Assembly (NCBI GenBank): GCA_965250285.1
Contig: OZ252299.1
Coordinates: forward strand, 512,001-576,000
From: Myxococcota bacterium
Lineage (GTDB): Bacteria; Myxococcota_A; UBA9160; UBA4427
Direction of reading: 5' to 3'
Length of the DNA: 64,000 nucleotides
A program made the translations under genes and the position numbers. Below are positions 50,860 to 60,582 of the stretch, piece after piece; position 1 is the first letter of the stretch; each line of letters begins with the position of its first letter. Under the pieces are notes generated by a model, which was not told the origin of the DNA, searched no databases, and was given only the letters and a program-made list of their open reading frames with translations.

Positions 50860-53800
50860 GTGACGGCGCTCGATGCAAATACGCTGACGCTCGATGGCAC
50901 GCAGTTCATCGAGGCCAGCGCCGGGACCGGCAAGACCTTCACTCTGGCGACGCTGTTCACGCGACTCGTCGTCGAGCGCGGCTTCGACGTGAGCGAGATC
51001 CTCGTGGTGACGTACACCGAGGCGGCGGCGTCCGAGCTGGCCGAGCGCATCCGCGAGCGCCTGCGGCAGGCGAAGGAGGCCGCCGAGGCACGCCGGGCCG
51101 GTCTGGACCCGGGGCCGGTCGAGGCGCCCGTCTTCGCCCTGCTCGATCGGGCCGCCGAACGGCCCGGCGGTCTCGACGAGGCGCACGCGAGGCTCGCGCT
51201 CGCCCTGCACGGCTTCGACGAGCGCGCGATCTCGACGATTCACGGCTTCTGCCTGCGCGCATTGCAGGAGCATGCGTTCGAGAGCGGCGCATCGTTCGAT
51301 CTCGAGCTGGTCGGCGCGGATCGGGAGCTCGTCACCGACGTCGCATGGGATCACTGGTCGAGCACACTGAACGACGCGTCGCCCGCGCTGATCGACGCGC
51401 TGCGCTCGACCCTCGTCGGCGGCGTCGCGCTCGGGCCCGAGCGGATCGGGGAGCTGATCGCGAAGGTCAGCGCCGACCCTCGCCTGGCCGTGCACACCGC
51501 GGCCCCGGCGGAGCCGCTGGACACCGCGATCGACGCGTGGTGGGCGGCCTGGCGCGTCGTCTCGGACGCGTGGTCGGACGATGTCGTCGCGCTGCTGCGT
51601 TCGGGGGCCGTGCATCGCGGGACCTACAACGAGAGTCGGATCGAGAAGAAGTTGCCCGCGCTGATGCGGCGACTCGAGACAGCGCACCTGCCCGGTCTCG
51701 TGGGCGACGAGGCAGTCACGCTCGAGCTGCTCCGGCCCGCCAAGCTCGAGGCGAAGACGGGCAAGAACAAGCCGACCCCTGAGCACGCGGTCTTCGACAC
51801 GATCGACGCGTTGCTCGAGGCCGACACACGCCTGAGCGCGGCGAAGGCGGGGGCGGTGGCGAATGTGCTGCGCGACGCGATCGACCACGGCGTCGCCGCG
51901 CTCGCCGATCGAAAACGCCGCGCCGGGATTCAGTTCTTCGACGATCTGCTGCGCGATCTCGCCGACGCGCTGCGCGGTGAGAACGGCGATGCGCTCGCCG
52001 CGCGAATGCGCGCGCAGACGCCGGTGGCGCTGATCGACGAGTTTCAGGACACCGATCCCGTGCAGTACGAGATCTTCCGCGACGTGTTCACGTCGGCCGG
52101 CTGTCCGATCTTTCTCGTCGGCGATCCGAAGCAGGCGATCTACGGCTTTCGCGGAGCGGACGTGTTCGCGTATCTGCGGGCGCGTCGCGAGAGCGGCGTC
52201 GCGCCGCACGACCTGGCGACGAACTGGCGGAGCGATCCCGGTCTGATCGACGCGGTCAACGCAGTCTTCGGCGACGCGCACCGACCCTTCGTGATCGATG
52301 ACATCGACTACAGACCCGTCGCGGCGCGCCCGAATGCCCGCGACCTGTTCGATGCATCGACCGACGATGTCGGCCCGCCCTTCGAGGTTCTGCGGCTCGA
52401 CGAGTCGCCGCGCGGCGGCGGCTGGGCCAAGGGGCAGGCCGAAGAGGCGGCGGCGCACGTCGTGGCCGAAGACGTCGTGCGCCTGCTCGCGGCCGATACG
52501 GGCGCCGACGGCCGGGCGCTGGGTGCCCGCGACGTCGCGGTGCTCTGCCGTACGCATCGCCAGGGACGTCGCATGAAGAAGACCCTCGACGACTGGGGGG
52601 TCGCGGCGGTCGAGGTCGGCGAGAGCAGCGTGTTCGATTCGGCCGAAGCCGAAGAGCTCGAATGGGTGCTCCGTGGGCTGCTCGCGGCGGGCGATCTACG
52701 TCGCGTGCGGGCGGCGCTCGGCACTCGACTCGTCGGGCTCGATGCGGCCGGGCTCCAGGCGCTCGAAGCCGATCCGGCGGCGTGGGATCCCTGGCTCGGG
52801 CGCCTCGCGCGGTGGCGTGAGCTCTGGCTGTCGCGCGGGATCCTGGCCGCGCTCGAGACTTTGACGGAGGAGACAGGCGCCTTCCCTCGGCTGCTCGAGG
52901 AGGAGGCAGGGGAGCGTGCCGTCACGAACTTCGAGCAGCTCTTCGAGCTGCTGCACGACGCGGCGGGGCGCGACCGCCTCGGCCCCGAGTCGGCGCTCGC
53001 CTGGTTGACGCGCCAACGCCTCGATCCCGGCGCGCGCGACCACAGCGCGCGCGAGCAGGCCAAGATCCGACTCGAGTCGGACGCAGATGCCGTTCAGATC
53101 GTGACGGTCCATGCGAGCAAGGGACTCGAGTATCCCGTCGTCTACTGCCCCTTTCTGTTCGACCCGGCTGATCCGATGGGCGCCGAGCGCAGTTGGGTGC
53201 GTTTTCACGACGAAGCGAACGATGGTCGAGGCGCAGTCGACCTCGGCTCGGACGCGTTCGACGCGCACGCGCGCGAGGCCGAGCGCGAGCTTCTCGCCGA
53301 GCATGTGCGGCTGCTCTACGTCGCACTCACGCGCGCGGCGCATCGCTGTGTGGTGGTCTGGGGGCGACTCGCCAAGCGCGCGGGACAGCATCGCTCGGCG
53401 CTCGCGTATCTCTTGCATCAACCCGAGCCCGACGTCGATGCCGTCGCTGCTGACTGGGTCAGCGTGGTGCAGGCGAGGGCCGAGGGCATCGAGCTCGAAG
53501 ACTTCGACGCTGACCTCGCCCGCCTCGAAGCGCGTGCAGGCGGCGCGGTTCGCATTCGGGGCGTCGCGTCGGGGACGCCGCCCGACAAGGCCCGCGTCGT
53601 GCCCGAGGCGCCCGAACTCGAAGCGCTCCACGCAGCGCGCGTCCTCGACGCTCAGCGGCGGACGTCGAGCTTCTCTGGGCTCGTCTCGGCCGCGAAGCGG
53701 AGCGCGCTCGAGCGGGGCGACACGCTCACGACACCCGTCCGCGACGTGGCGCCGAGCGATGAGGGGCTCGACCACGATGCCCGGCTTCAGACTTCGGTCG

Positions 53801-54648
53801 ACCCCGCTGCGATCGAGCCCGGTGTCGCCCGGCCCGACGACGAGGCGCACGCGATCGCCCTCGCCGACTTTCCGGCGGGCGCCCTCGTCGGTACCGCCGT
53901 ACACGGTGCGCTCGAGCACCTCGACTTCGAACGCGCGGTCGACCCCGCGGCGCTCGCCGGCGTCCGCGCAAGGCTCGAGCAGGGCGGCGTGCCGGCGAGC
54001 TACGCCGCCCAGTTCGCTGCGGCTGTCCCCGCACTCGTCGCCGCGCCGCTCGCTGGCGGCGCGGGCGCGCCGCGATTGTGCGACGTCGCGCTGTCCCACC
54101 GCGTCGACGAGATGGAGTTCATCGTACCCGTCGCCGCCGGGCATGCAGGCGAGGCCGCGTCGGGTGCAGTGACGCCGAGCGATCTCGCCCGGGTCTTCGA
54201 TCGTCACGCGACGCGCGACTACGTGAAGGCGTATGCCGAGCGGCTGGGTCGGCTCGACTTTCTGCCGCTGGAGGGCTTCCTCAAGGGCTACGTCGACCTC
54301 GTGTTCAGGCGAGGCGAGCGGTATCACGTGGTCGACTACAAATCGAATCTTCTCGGTGGGCGCGTGCGTGACTACGCACCGGATCGGCTCGTCGCGCCCA
54401 TGCTCGAACACGACTACGTCCTGCAATACCACCTCTATGTCGTGGCGCTGCATCGCCAGCTCGGCTGGCGGCTCGATGGGTACGACTACGAGCGGCACGT
54501 GGGGGACGTCTTCTATCTCTTTCTGCGCGGGCTCTCCGTCGATCACCCCGTCGGGACCGGCGTCTACGCCGATCGCCCGCCGCTCGAGCTGGTCGAGGCG
54601 CTGTCCGACCTGTTCGGCGCCCCGCGCCGCGTCGAGGGGCTCGCATGA
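50860..54648 (+). CDS. recB: Exodeoxyribonuclease V beta subunit
   Basis: EASAGTGKT, IDEFQDTD, GDPKQAIY.FRGAD, HASKGLEY, YVALTRA, nuclease D-L...DYKSN; GTG after GGAGG. Confidence 0.93.
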   Translation: MTALDANTLTLDGTQFIEASAGTGKTFTLATLFTRLVVERGFDVSEILVVTYTEAAASELAERIRERLRQAKEAAEARRAGLDPGPVEAPVFALLDRAAERPGGLDEAHARLALALHGFDERAISTIHGFCLRALQEHAFESGASFDLELVGADRELVTDVAWDHWSSTLNDASPALIDALRSTLVGGVALGPERIGELIAKVSADPRLAVHTAAPAEPLDTAIDAWWAAWRVVSDAWSDDVVALLRSGAVHRGTYNESRIEKKLPALMRRLETAHLPGLVGDEAVTLELLRPAKLEAKTGKNKPTPEHAVFDTIDALLEADTRLSAAKAGAVANVLRDAIDHGVAALADRKRRAGIQFFDDLLRDLADALRGENGDALAARMRAQTPVALIDEFQDTDPVQYEIFRDVFTSAGCPIFLVGDPKQAIYGFRGADVFAYLRARRESGVAPHDLATNWRSDPGLIDAVNAVFGDAHRPFVIDDIDYRPVAARPNARDLFDASTDDVGPPFEVLRLDESPRGGGWAKGQAEEAAAHVVAEDVVRLLAADTGADGRALGARDVAVLCRTHRQGRRMKKTLDDWGVAAVEVGESSVFDSAEAEELEWVLRGLLAAGDLRRVRAALGTRLVGLDAAGLQALEADPAAWDPWLGRLARWRELWLSRGILAALETLTEETGAFPRLLEEEAGERAVTNFEQLFELLHDAAGRDRLGPESALAWLTRQRLDPGARDHSAREQAKIRLESDADAVQIVTVHASKGLEYPVVYCPFLFDPADPMGAERSWVRFHDEANDGRGAVDLGSDAFDAHAREAERELLAEHVRLLYVALTRAAHRCVVVWGRLAKRAGQHRSALAYLLHQPEPDVDAVAADWVSVVQARAEGIELEDFDADLARLEARAGGAVRIRGVASGTPPDKARVVPEAPELEALHAARVLDAQRRTSSFSGLVSAAKRSALERGDTLTTPVRDVAPSDEGLDHDARLQTSVDPAAIEPGVARPDDEAHAIALADFPAGALVGTAVHGALEHLDFERAVDPAALAGVRARLEQGGVPASYAAQFAAAVPALVAAPLAGGAGAPRLCDVALSHRVDEMEFIVPVAAGHAGEAASGAVTPSDLARVFDRHATRDYVKAYAERLGRLDFLPLEGFLKGYVDLVFRRGERYHVVDYKSNLLGGRVRDYAPDRLVAPMLEHDYVLQYHLYVVALHRQLGWRLDGYDYERHVGDVFYLFLRGLSVDHPVGTGVYADRPPLELVEALSDLFGAPRRVEGLA

Positions 54649-56447
54649 AGCCGACCCTCTTCGATCTCGAGCAGGCCGGATGGATCGCGCCCGCCGATGC
54701 GGCGCTCGCGCGAACGCTGGCGCGGCTCGCGGGCGTCGCGCCCGCAGACGATGCGGCGCTCGCCGTGGCCCTCGTCAGCCAGCAGGTCCGAGCCGGCCAT
54801 GTCTGCCTCGCGCTCGATGCGCCGCCGTCGATCGAAGAGCTCGCCGGCGACGCCGGGGGCGACGAGGTGCGCGGCGACTGGCGCTGGCCCGAACCGGGCG
54901 CCTGGCGTGATGCGCTCGAGGCCACCGCGCTCGTCGGGCCGCACCCGGGCGAGGGCGAGTCGGTGTCACCGCGTCGTCCGCTCGTGCTCGATGTCGAGGG
55001 GCGTCTCTACTTGACCCGCTACTTCGAGCACGAGCAGCGCCTGGCCGGCGAGCTGATCGCGCGCACCGGCGAGGTCGAAGGTGTCGACGCCGATGTGCTC
55101 GCGCGCGGGCTCGATCGCATCTTCGGCGCCGCTCGGGGGGACGAGCGCGACGCCCAGCGTCACGCCGCCGAGACCGCCGTGCGCCAGCGTCTGTGCGTGA
55201 TCACCGGTGGGCCGGGCACCGGCAAGACGTCGACGGTGGCGGCGGTGCTCGCGCTCGCCGTCGAGCAGGCGCTCGCCGCCGGCGCCCCTGCCCCCCGCAT
55301 CCTGCTGATCGCGCCGACGGGCAAGGCGGCGGCGGCGCTCACCGAGGGGCTCGAACGCGCACTCGGCGGACTCGATTGCGACGATGCGGTGCGCGAGGCG
55401 ATCCCGGCCGAGGCGTCCACGGTGCACCGCGCGTTGGGGGTGCTCGGAGGCGTCGGCGCGCGCTTTCGACATGGGGCGGATACGCCCTGGCCGGCCGACC
55501 TGGTCGTGCTCGACGAGGCGTCGATGGTCGACCTCTCGTTGATGCGACGCCTCGTCGACGCCGTCCCCGAGACGGCGCGGCTCGTGATGATGGGCGACGC
55601 CGATCAGCTCGCTTCGGTCGAGGCGGGCGCGGTCCTCGGCGACGTGTGCGGCGCGGGGCTCGAGGACGTCGCCGATGGGGCGATCGAGTCGGGGATCGTG
55701 CGACTGCTCGTCAGCTATCGCTTCGCGGCGGACAGTGGTGTGGGTGGGCTCGCGCGCGCGATCCACGCGGGCGACGCGGCGGCAGCCATCGACGTGCTCG
55801 AAGATCCAGCGCGGCCCGATGTCAGCTGGATCGACGATGCCGGCGACGTCTGGCCCGATGCGGTCGAGCGCGCGCTCGCCGACGGCTACGCCTCGTTTCG
55901 GGCGGCGCGCGACCTCGACGCGGCGCTCGGGGTGCTCGGCGAGTTCCGCGTTCTCTGCCCGCATCGCGCGGGGCCGCGCGGCGTCGAGGCCTTCAACCGG
56001 GTGCTCGGCGCGCAGGTGGAGCGGGACGCGTCGGGGTTCGTCGCCGAGCCGATCCTGATCGAGCGCAACGACTACGCGGCTGAGCTCTTCAATGGCGACA
56101 TGGGTGTCCGCGCGACCGCTTCGGAGCGCCTGGCCGGGCAGGGCGCCCGCTTCGTGGGCCGCGAGGGTCGCCCTCGCAGCCTATCGGAGCTGCGGCTGCC
56201 CCCGCACGCGCCGTGCTGGGCGATGAGCGTGCACAAGAGCCAGGGCAGCGAATTCGACGCCGTGCTCGTCGCGCTGCCCGAACGGTCGAGTCCCCTGCTG
56301 ACGCGAGAGATGCTCTACACGGCGGTTACGCGCGCGCGGCAGCGGGTCGTGGTCTGGGGGGGCCGGGCGCAGCTCGTCGAGTGCATCGAGCGGCGCGTGC
56401 AGCGGCGCTCGGGTTTGCGCGACGCGCTGTGGTCGCCGCGGGCGTGA
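54645..56447 (+). CDS. recD: Exodeoxyribonuclease V alpha subunit
   Basis: GGPGTGKT, APTGKAA, DEASMVD, GDADQL, HKSQGSEF, YTAVTRAR. Confidence 0.93.
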   Translation: MKPTLFDLEQAGWIAPADAALARTLARLAGVAPADDAALAVALVSQQVRAGHVCLALDAPPSIEELAGDAGGDEVRGDWRWPEPGAWRDALEATALVGPHPGEGESVSPRRPLVLDVEGRLYLTRYFEHEQRLAGELIARTGEVEGVDADVLARGLDRIFGAARGDERDAQRHAAETAVRQRLCVITGGPGTGKTSTVAAVLALAVEQALAAGAPAPRILLIAPTGKAAAALTEGLERALGGLDCDDAVREAIPAEASTVHRALGVLGGVGARFRHGADTPWPADLVVLDEASMVDLSLMRRLVDAVPETARLVMMGDADQLASVEAGAVLGDVCGAGLEDVADGAIESGIVRLLVSYRFAADSGVGGLARAIHAGDAAAAIDVLEDPARPDVSWIDDAGDVWPDAVERALADGYASFRAARDLDAALGVLGEFRVLCPHRAGPRGVEAFNRVLGAQVERDASGFVAEPILIERNDYAAELFNGDMGVRATASERLAGQGARFVGREGRPRSLSELRLPPHAPCWAMSVHKSQGSEFDAVLVALPERSSPLLTREMLYTAVTRARQRVVVWGGRAQLVECIERRVQRRSGLRDALWSPRA

Positions 56448-56500
56448 CGCTCGGGTGCGGGCCGCGGCCCCTCGCTCGGAGACGGCGGCGCCGGTCGGGT

Positions 56501-56929
56501 TCAGACGAAGAAGATGCTGAACAGACCGGCCAGGGCGACGATCGCAAGCACAGCCACCTTGGGCAGGTCGTCTTCGATGAACGTCAGGCCAGCGAGGCCG
56601 CCCGAGTACGCGAGCATGGCCACGAAGTTGACCCAGTCGCCCGTCTGTGACGACGCCATTCCGCCCATCACGAGGCCGTACGCCATGAAGGCGAGCAGGG
56701 CGTAGCGCACCCACGTGAGGCGCGCGTCTCGTGCCGCGATGAGCAGGGCGACCGCGAAGGCGAGCTCGAAGTAGGTGACGCGGCGCAGGAACAGGAACAT
56801 CAGCATCGCTGCGATGAGCAGCACACCGGCGGCGACGCGCGGGCCGGTGATCAGGCCCTTCGCCGCGGTCGCGGCTTCGGTGTTCGGGCTGACTTCGGCG
56901 GGCTCGGAAGTGTCGGTCGGCTGGGTCAT
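56501..56929 (-). CDS. Small multi-pass membrane protein, hypothetical
   Basis: Four to five hydrophobic segments; ATGA coupling to the kinase stop. Confidence 0.7.
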   Translation of the reverse strand: MTQPTDTSEPAEVSPNTEAATAAKGLITGPRVAAGVLLIAAMLMFLFLRRVTYFELAFAVALLIAARDARLTWVRYALLAFMAYGLVMGGMASSQTGDWVNFVAMLAYSGGLAGLTFIEDDLPKVAVLAIVALAGLFSIFFV

Positions 56930-59900
56930 TGGCCTTGCTGGGCTGCCTGTGCGGTGGCATCGACCATCGACTGGAGGGCCTGTGCGACCTCGTCGGCAGA
57001 CTGGATGCGTGCGTCGGGATCCTTCTCGATCAGCTTCATGATGAGGGCGGCCAGGGGCGCGGGCAAGTCCTGCTTGAAGGTCCGGGGATCGGGCGCCGGC
57101 GTATTGCGGTGATGATAGGTGATGTCGCCCTCGGTGAAGGGCAGGGCCCCCGTCGACATCTGGTAGAGCGTGATGCCGAGCGCATAGAGGTCGGCGCGGT
57201 GGTCGACCGATTCGCCGGTCGCCTGCTCGGGCGCCATGTAGTACGGCGTCCCCCCGATGACCGTCGCGCCCTTGCGCACTTCCTCGACCATCTTCGCGAG
57301 ACCGAAGTCCATGATCTTGACGATCTTGTCTCGGGTCAGGAACAGATTCGCCGTCTTGATGTCGCGGTGGATGATCTTGTTGCGGTGCGCGTAGGCGAGG
57401 CCGGTCGAGATCTGGATGCCGAGTCGCGCCACCACGATGGGCGGGAGCACCTTGTGCTTCTCCATCACGTCGTCGAGCGGCGTACCCTCGAGCATCTCCA
57501 TTGAGATGAAGTAGGTGTCGGCTTCCTGTCCGGCATCGAAGATCGTCACGATGTTCGGGTGGTTGAGTGCGGCGGCCGAACGCGCCTCGCGCTCGAAGAA
57601 CTTGACCGCCGCCGGGTGGTTCTTGAGGTTGTCGGGCAGCTGCTTCAATGCGACGACGCGCCCGAGGTGCGTATCGCGCGCCTTGTACACGATGCCCATG
57701 CCACCGCGGCCGAGCTCGTCGATCAGCTCGTAGCGGCTCTCTGCGCTGCCGAGCCCCGTCTCGCCCGGATCGGCGCCGAGCGGCGGCATCGAGCCCCCCA
57801 TCGAGGGTGACTGCTCGTTGACCCGCGTCGCCTCTTCGTCGGCCGAGATCGCCGCCTTCAGCGTCTCGATGCGCGTGTTTACGTCGCGGTAGTTCAGATC
57901 CTTGCGCCGCACGGCCGAGAGCGCATCGAGCGCGTCCGCCTTGCGTCCGAGACCCTCGAGCAGCGAGCCGTAGGTCTCGGCTTGCTCGACGTCGAAGTGA
58001 TCGATGCCGTCGATCTGTTGGGCTTCGTCGAACTTCTCGAGTGCGAAGTCGGTGTTGCCTCGCTTCGCCAGGATGACCCCCAGCTCTCGACTCACCTCGC
58101 CGTAGCTGAGATCCCCACGCCCGACCTGTTGGAAGTTGTGGATCGCGCGGTCTTCTTCGCCGCGGTCGAGGCAGATGCGGCCCGCCTCGAGGTAGTCGCC
58201 GTTTCGTTCGAGCAGCGACAGGGCGGTGTCGGTGTCACCGAGCTTCTTGTAGCACTTGATCGCGCGCTCGTAGTCCTCGTCGGCTTCGAAGTTGCGTGCA
58301 GCCGCGACCCAATCGCCGGCCTCGGCGTGGATGCGCGCGGCGCGCCCATACTCACCCGTCTCTTCATAGAGCTGCGCCGACTCCTGGCCGACCTCGTGCC
58401 CTTCGAGCAGCGCGGTCGCGTCTTCCTTGCGGCCCGCTGCGGCGAGCTCTCGGCTTGCTTCGACGATGCGTCCGGACCGCTCGAACTCGCGCGCGCGGAT
58501 CGCGTGGGCCGACTCCTTGAGTCCTGCGCGCTCGAGCGCATCCGCTGCGCCGAGGTAGTCACCCTCCATGTACGGGGCGACGGCTTCGGCGCAGCCGGTG
58601 AAGACGCATCCGGCCTCCTGGGCCATGTCGACGACGAGCTGCATCGGTGAGAACGAAGTGATCGACAGTTCGCGCTCGGCGACGCGATCGTCGTCGCCGA
58701 TGACGGCGACGAACTCGCCCTGGCCGAGGTAGAGGAAGCCGCTGCCGCCCGATACGAAGCGATTCGAGTCGGGCTGATCCTTGACGCCGAGCGACGCCGA
58801 TTGGACGGGATCCTCACCTCGGAAGATCTGCACCTCGACCGGGCAATCCTTGGGGCGCAGATCGAACTCGACGCGCGCCTCCTTGCCCTTGGTGACGACG
58901 ACGCGTCGCTCTTCGAGGAAGTCGCCCACGAGCTCGCCCGACACCGAGTGCAGCAGAGGGCCGCGCACGGTGACGTAGTAGGGCTTCTTGCGGGCCATCA
59001 CCCACGTGAAGAGCGTGTCCTCGCCGTCGTCGAGGCGCTTCTCGCCCCGCTTCAGATTGCGCAGGTGCTGATTGAATTCGCCCTGCGCGTTCTCTTTCGT
59101 CGTCTTCGCGCTCGAGACCACGTTGCGCGGGCGCTTCGTGACCGACGCCGAGAACAGCGACTTCGTGTTCTCGGGCAGGTTGACGCGCACCGCGACGGTG
59201 CCGAAGCCGCGCAGGCTGGGGATCAGCAGCAGGATGAAGATCGCGATGAAGGGCAGGGCGGCCCGGTAATTCGGCTGCCCGTGCGCGAGCAGGCCGCCGT
59301 CGACACAGGTCTTGTGTGCGAGAATGCGGACGTCTTCGGGGAACTGGCCACTCAGCCGGCGCAGCTCGACCTGCATCCCGCCTTCCTCGCCACACTGTCC
59401 GGGGGTGAAGATCGTGGGCCGCGAGATCACGGCGGCAAACATCGCGTCGGAGATCATCGCTTCGTTCATCGTGGCGATGAGGCCCGCGTCGAGCGCGCGC
59501 TTGCTGCCGAAGTCGAAGATGACGCCCACCGAACCCGCCGGCAGCGCCTGGTAGAGCGGCTGGGTCACGCGGTCGTAGTGGGGGTCGACGGCTTGCTGCA
59601 GCGCGACGGCGAACTTGCGCTTGTCGAGCTTCATCGGCCAGACCCACTCGAGGATCCGATCCTGCATCGAGAGGTTCTCGGTCACGCCGAGCACGACGAC
59701 GCGGTCTTCACCCGGCACCATCGGCGAGAAGCCCTCGACGAGCTCCTGCATCTGGGCGACGAACGGGTCGTTGCTGCGCTGCATCCCGCCGGCGCCCCCG
59801 AGGTCGGCCTGGAGCGTCTCGGCGCCGCCGAGCAGGTCGACGAAGCCGCGCTGCTTCGCCGCCGCGCCCTCTTTGCCATTGGCTTCGTAGACGTCGGCCA

Positions 59901-60522
59901 GCTCGTCGCGCAGCCCGGCGTTCGTGGGATCGAGCCGGATCGCCTTCTCGAGCGACTCTTCGGCCTTGGTGAGGTCGCCGAGCTTCTGGTGCGCCTCGGA
60001 CAGCTCCTGCAGGCCTTCGACCGTGGCACCCTCGAGCTCCTGGGCTTCGATCAGCAGCGGGACGGCGCCGGCTGCGTCGCCCTGCGCATTCATCGCCTTG
60101 GCCAGGCCGCGCTTCGCCGCGGCATTGGTCGGGTCGGTTGCGACGGCCTGCTCGAGGAACTCGCGCGCCTCGTTCGGCTCGTCCTTCTTCAGGTAGATGT
60201 CACCGAGCTTCATCATCGCGCCCGGATCGTTGGGGTCGAGCTCGAGGGCGCGCATGTACGAATCCTGCGCCTGCTGCACCTGCTCGAGCGTCTCGAAGGC
60301 GCTACCGAGGTTCAGCTGACGGGTCGCGCTCTCGCCGCCCTGGGCGATGGCCTGCTCGAAGTGCGTCGCGGCTTGCTGGCCCTGGCCCGTGTCGAGCGCG
60401 AGGTCACCGAGCTCGTCGGCGGCCGAGGCGGCGATCGAAGGATCGAGGCGCGCGGCCTCCTCGAAATGATGCGCGGCCGACTCGGCCTGCAGCATCTCGC
60501 CTGCGAGCTTGCCGGCCTCCAT
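56926..60522 (-). CDS. TPR-containing transmembrane Ser/Thr protein kinase (C-terminal part of an interrupted gene)
   Basis: TPR-like repeats, one TM, LGRGGMGIVY, VALK, HRDIK, DFG, GTPYYMAPE. Confidence 0.88.
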   Translation of the reverse strand: MEAGKLAGEMLQAESAAHHFEEAARLDPSIAASAADELGDLALDTGQGQQAATHFEQAIAQGGESATRQLNLGSAFETLEQVQQAQDSYMRALELDPNDPGAMMKLGDIYLKKDEPNEAREFLEQAVATDPTNAAAKRGLAKAMNAQGDAAGAVPLLIEAQELEGATVEGLQELSEAHQKLGDLTKAEESLEKAIRLDPTNAGLRDELADVYEANGKEGAAAKQRGFVDLLGGAETLQADLGGAGGMQRSNDPFVAQMQELVEGFSPMVPGEDRVVVLGVTENLSMQDRILEWVWPMKLDKRKFAVALQQAVDPHYDRVTQPLYQALPAGSVGVIFDFGSKRALDAGLIATMNEAMISDAMFAAVISRPTIFTPGQCGEEGGMQVELRRLSGQFPEDVRILAHKTCVDGGLLAHGQPNYRAALPFIAIFILLLIPSLRGFGTVAVRVNLPENTKSLFSASVTKRPRNVVSSAKTTKENAQGEFNQHLRNLKRGEKRLDDGEDTLFTWVMARKKPYYVTVRGPLLHSVSGELVGDFLEERRVVVTKGKEARVEFDLRPKDCPVEVQIFRGEDPVQSASLGVKDQPDSNRFVSGGSGFLYLGQGEFVAVIGDDDRVAERELSITSFSPMQLVVDMAQEAGCVFTGCAEAVAPYMEGDYLGAADALERAGLKESAHAIRAREFERSGRIVEASRELAAAGRKEDATALLEGHEVGQESAQLYEETGEYGRAARIHAEAGDWVAAARNFEADEDYERAIKCYKKLGDTDTALSLLERNGDYLEAGRICLDRGEEDRAIHNFQQVGRGDLSYGEVSRELGVILAKRGNTDFALEKFDEAQQIDGIDHFDVEQAETYGSLLEGLGRKADALDALSAVRRKDLNYRDVNTRIETLKAAISADEEATRVNEQSPSMGGSMPPLGADPGETGLGSAESRYELIDELGRGGMGIVYKARDTHLGRVVALKQLPDNLKNHPAAVKFFEREARSAAALNHPNIVTIFDAGQEADTYFISMEMLEGTPLDDVMEKHKVLPPIVVARLGIQISTGLAYAHRNKIIHRDIKTANLFLTRDKIVKIMDFGLAKMVEEVRKGATVIGGTPYYMAPEQATGESVDHRADLYALGITLYQMSTGALPFTEGDITYHHRNTPAPDPRTFKQDLPAPLAALIMKLIEKDPDARIQSADEVAQALQSMVDATAQAAQQGQ

Positions 60523-60582
60523 GTGCGCGGCGGCGCGCTCGATCGGCGCGCCGACGCTCGTGAGTGCGTTGGCCGTGGGGAC

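Noticed and set aside
47382..56447. recCBD as a novel defence helicase-nuclease system; GCTGGTGG matches elsewhere in the window as Chi sites
   Set aside because: Canonical RecBCD motifs and order; Chi is species-specific and a few matches are expected by chance
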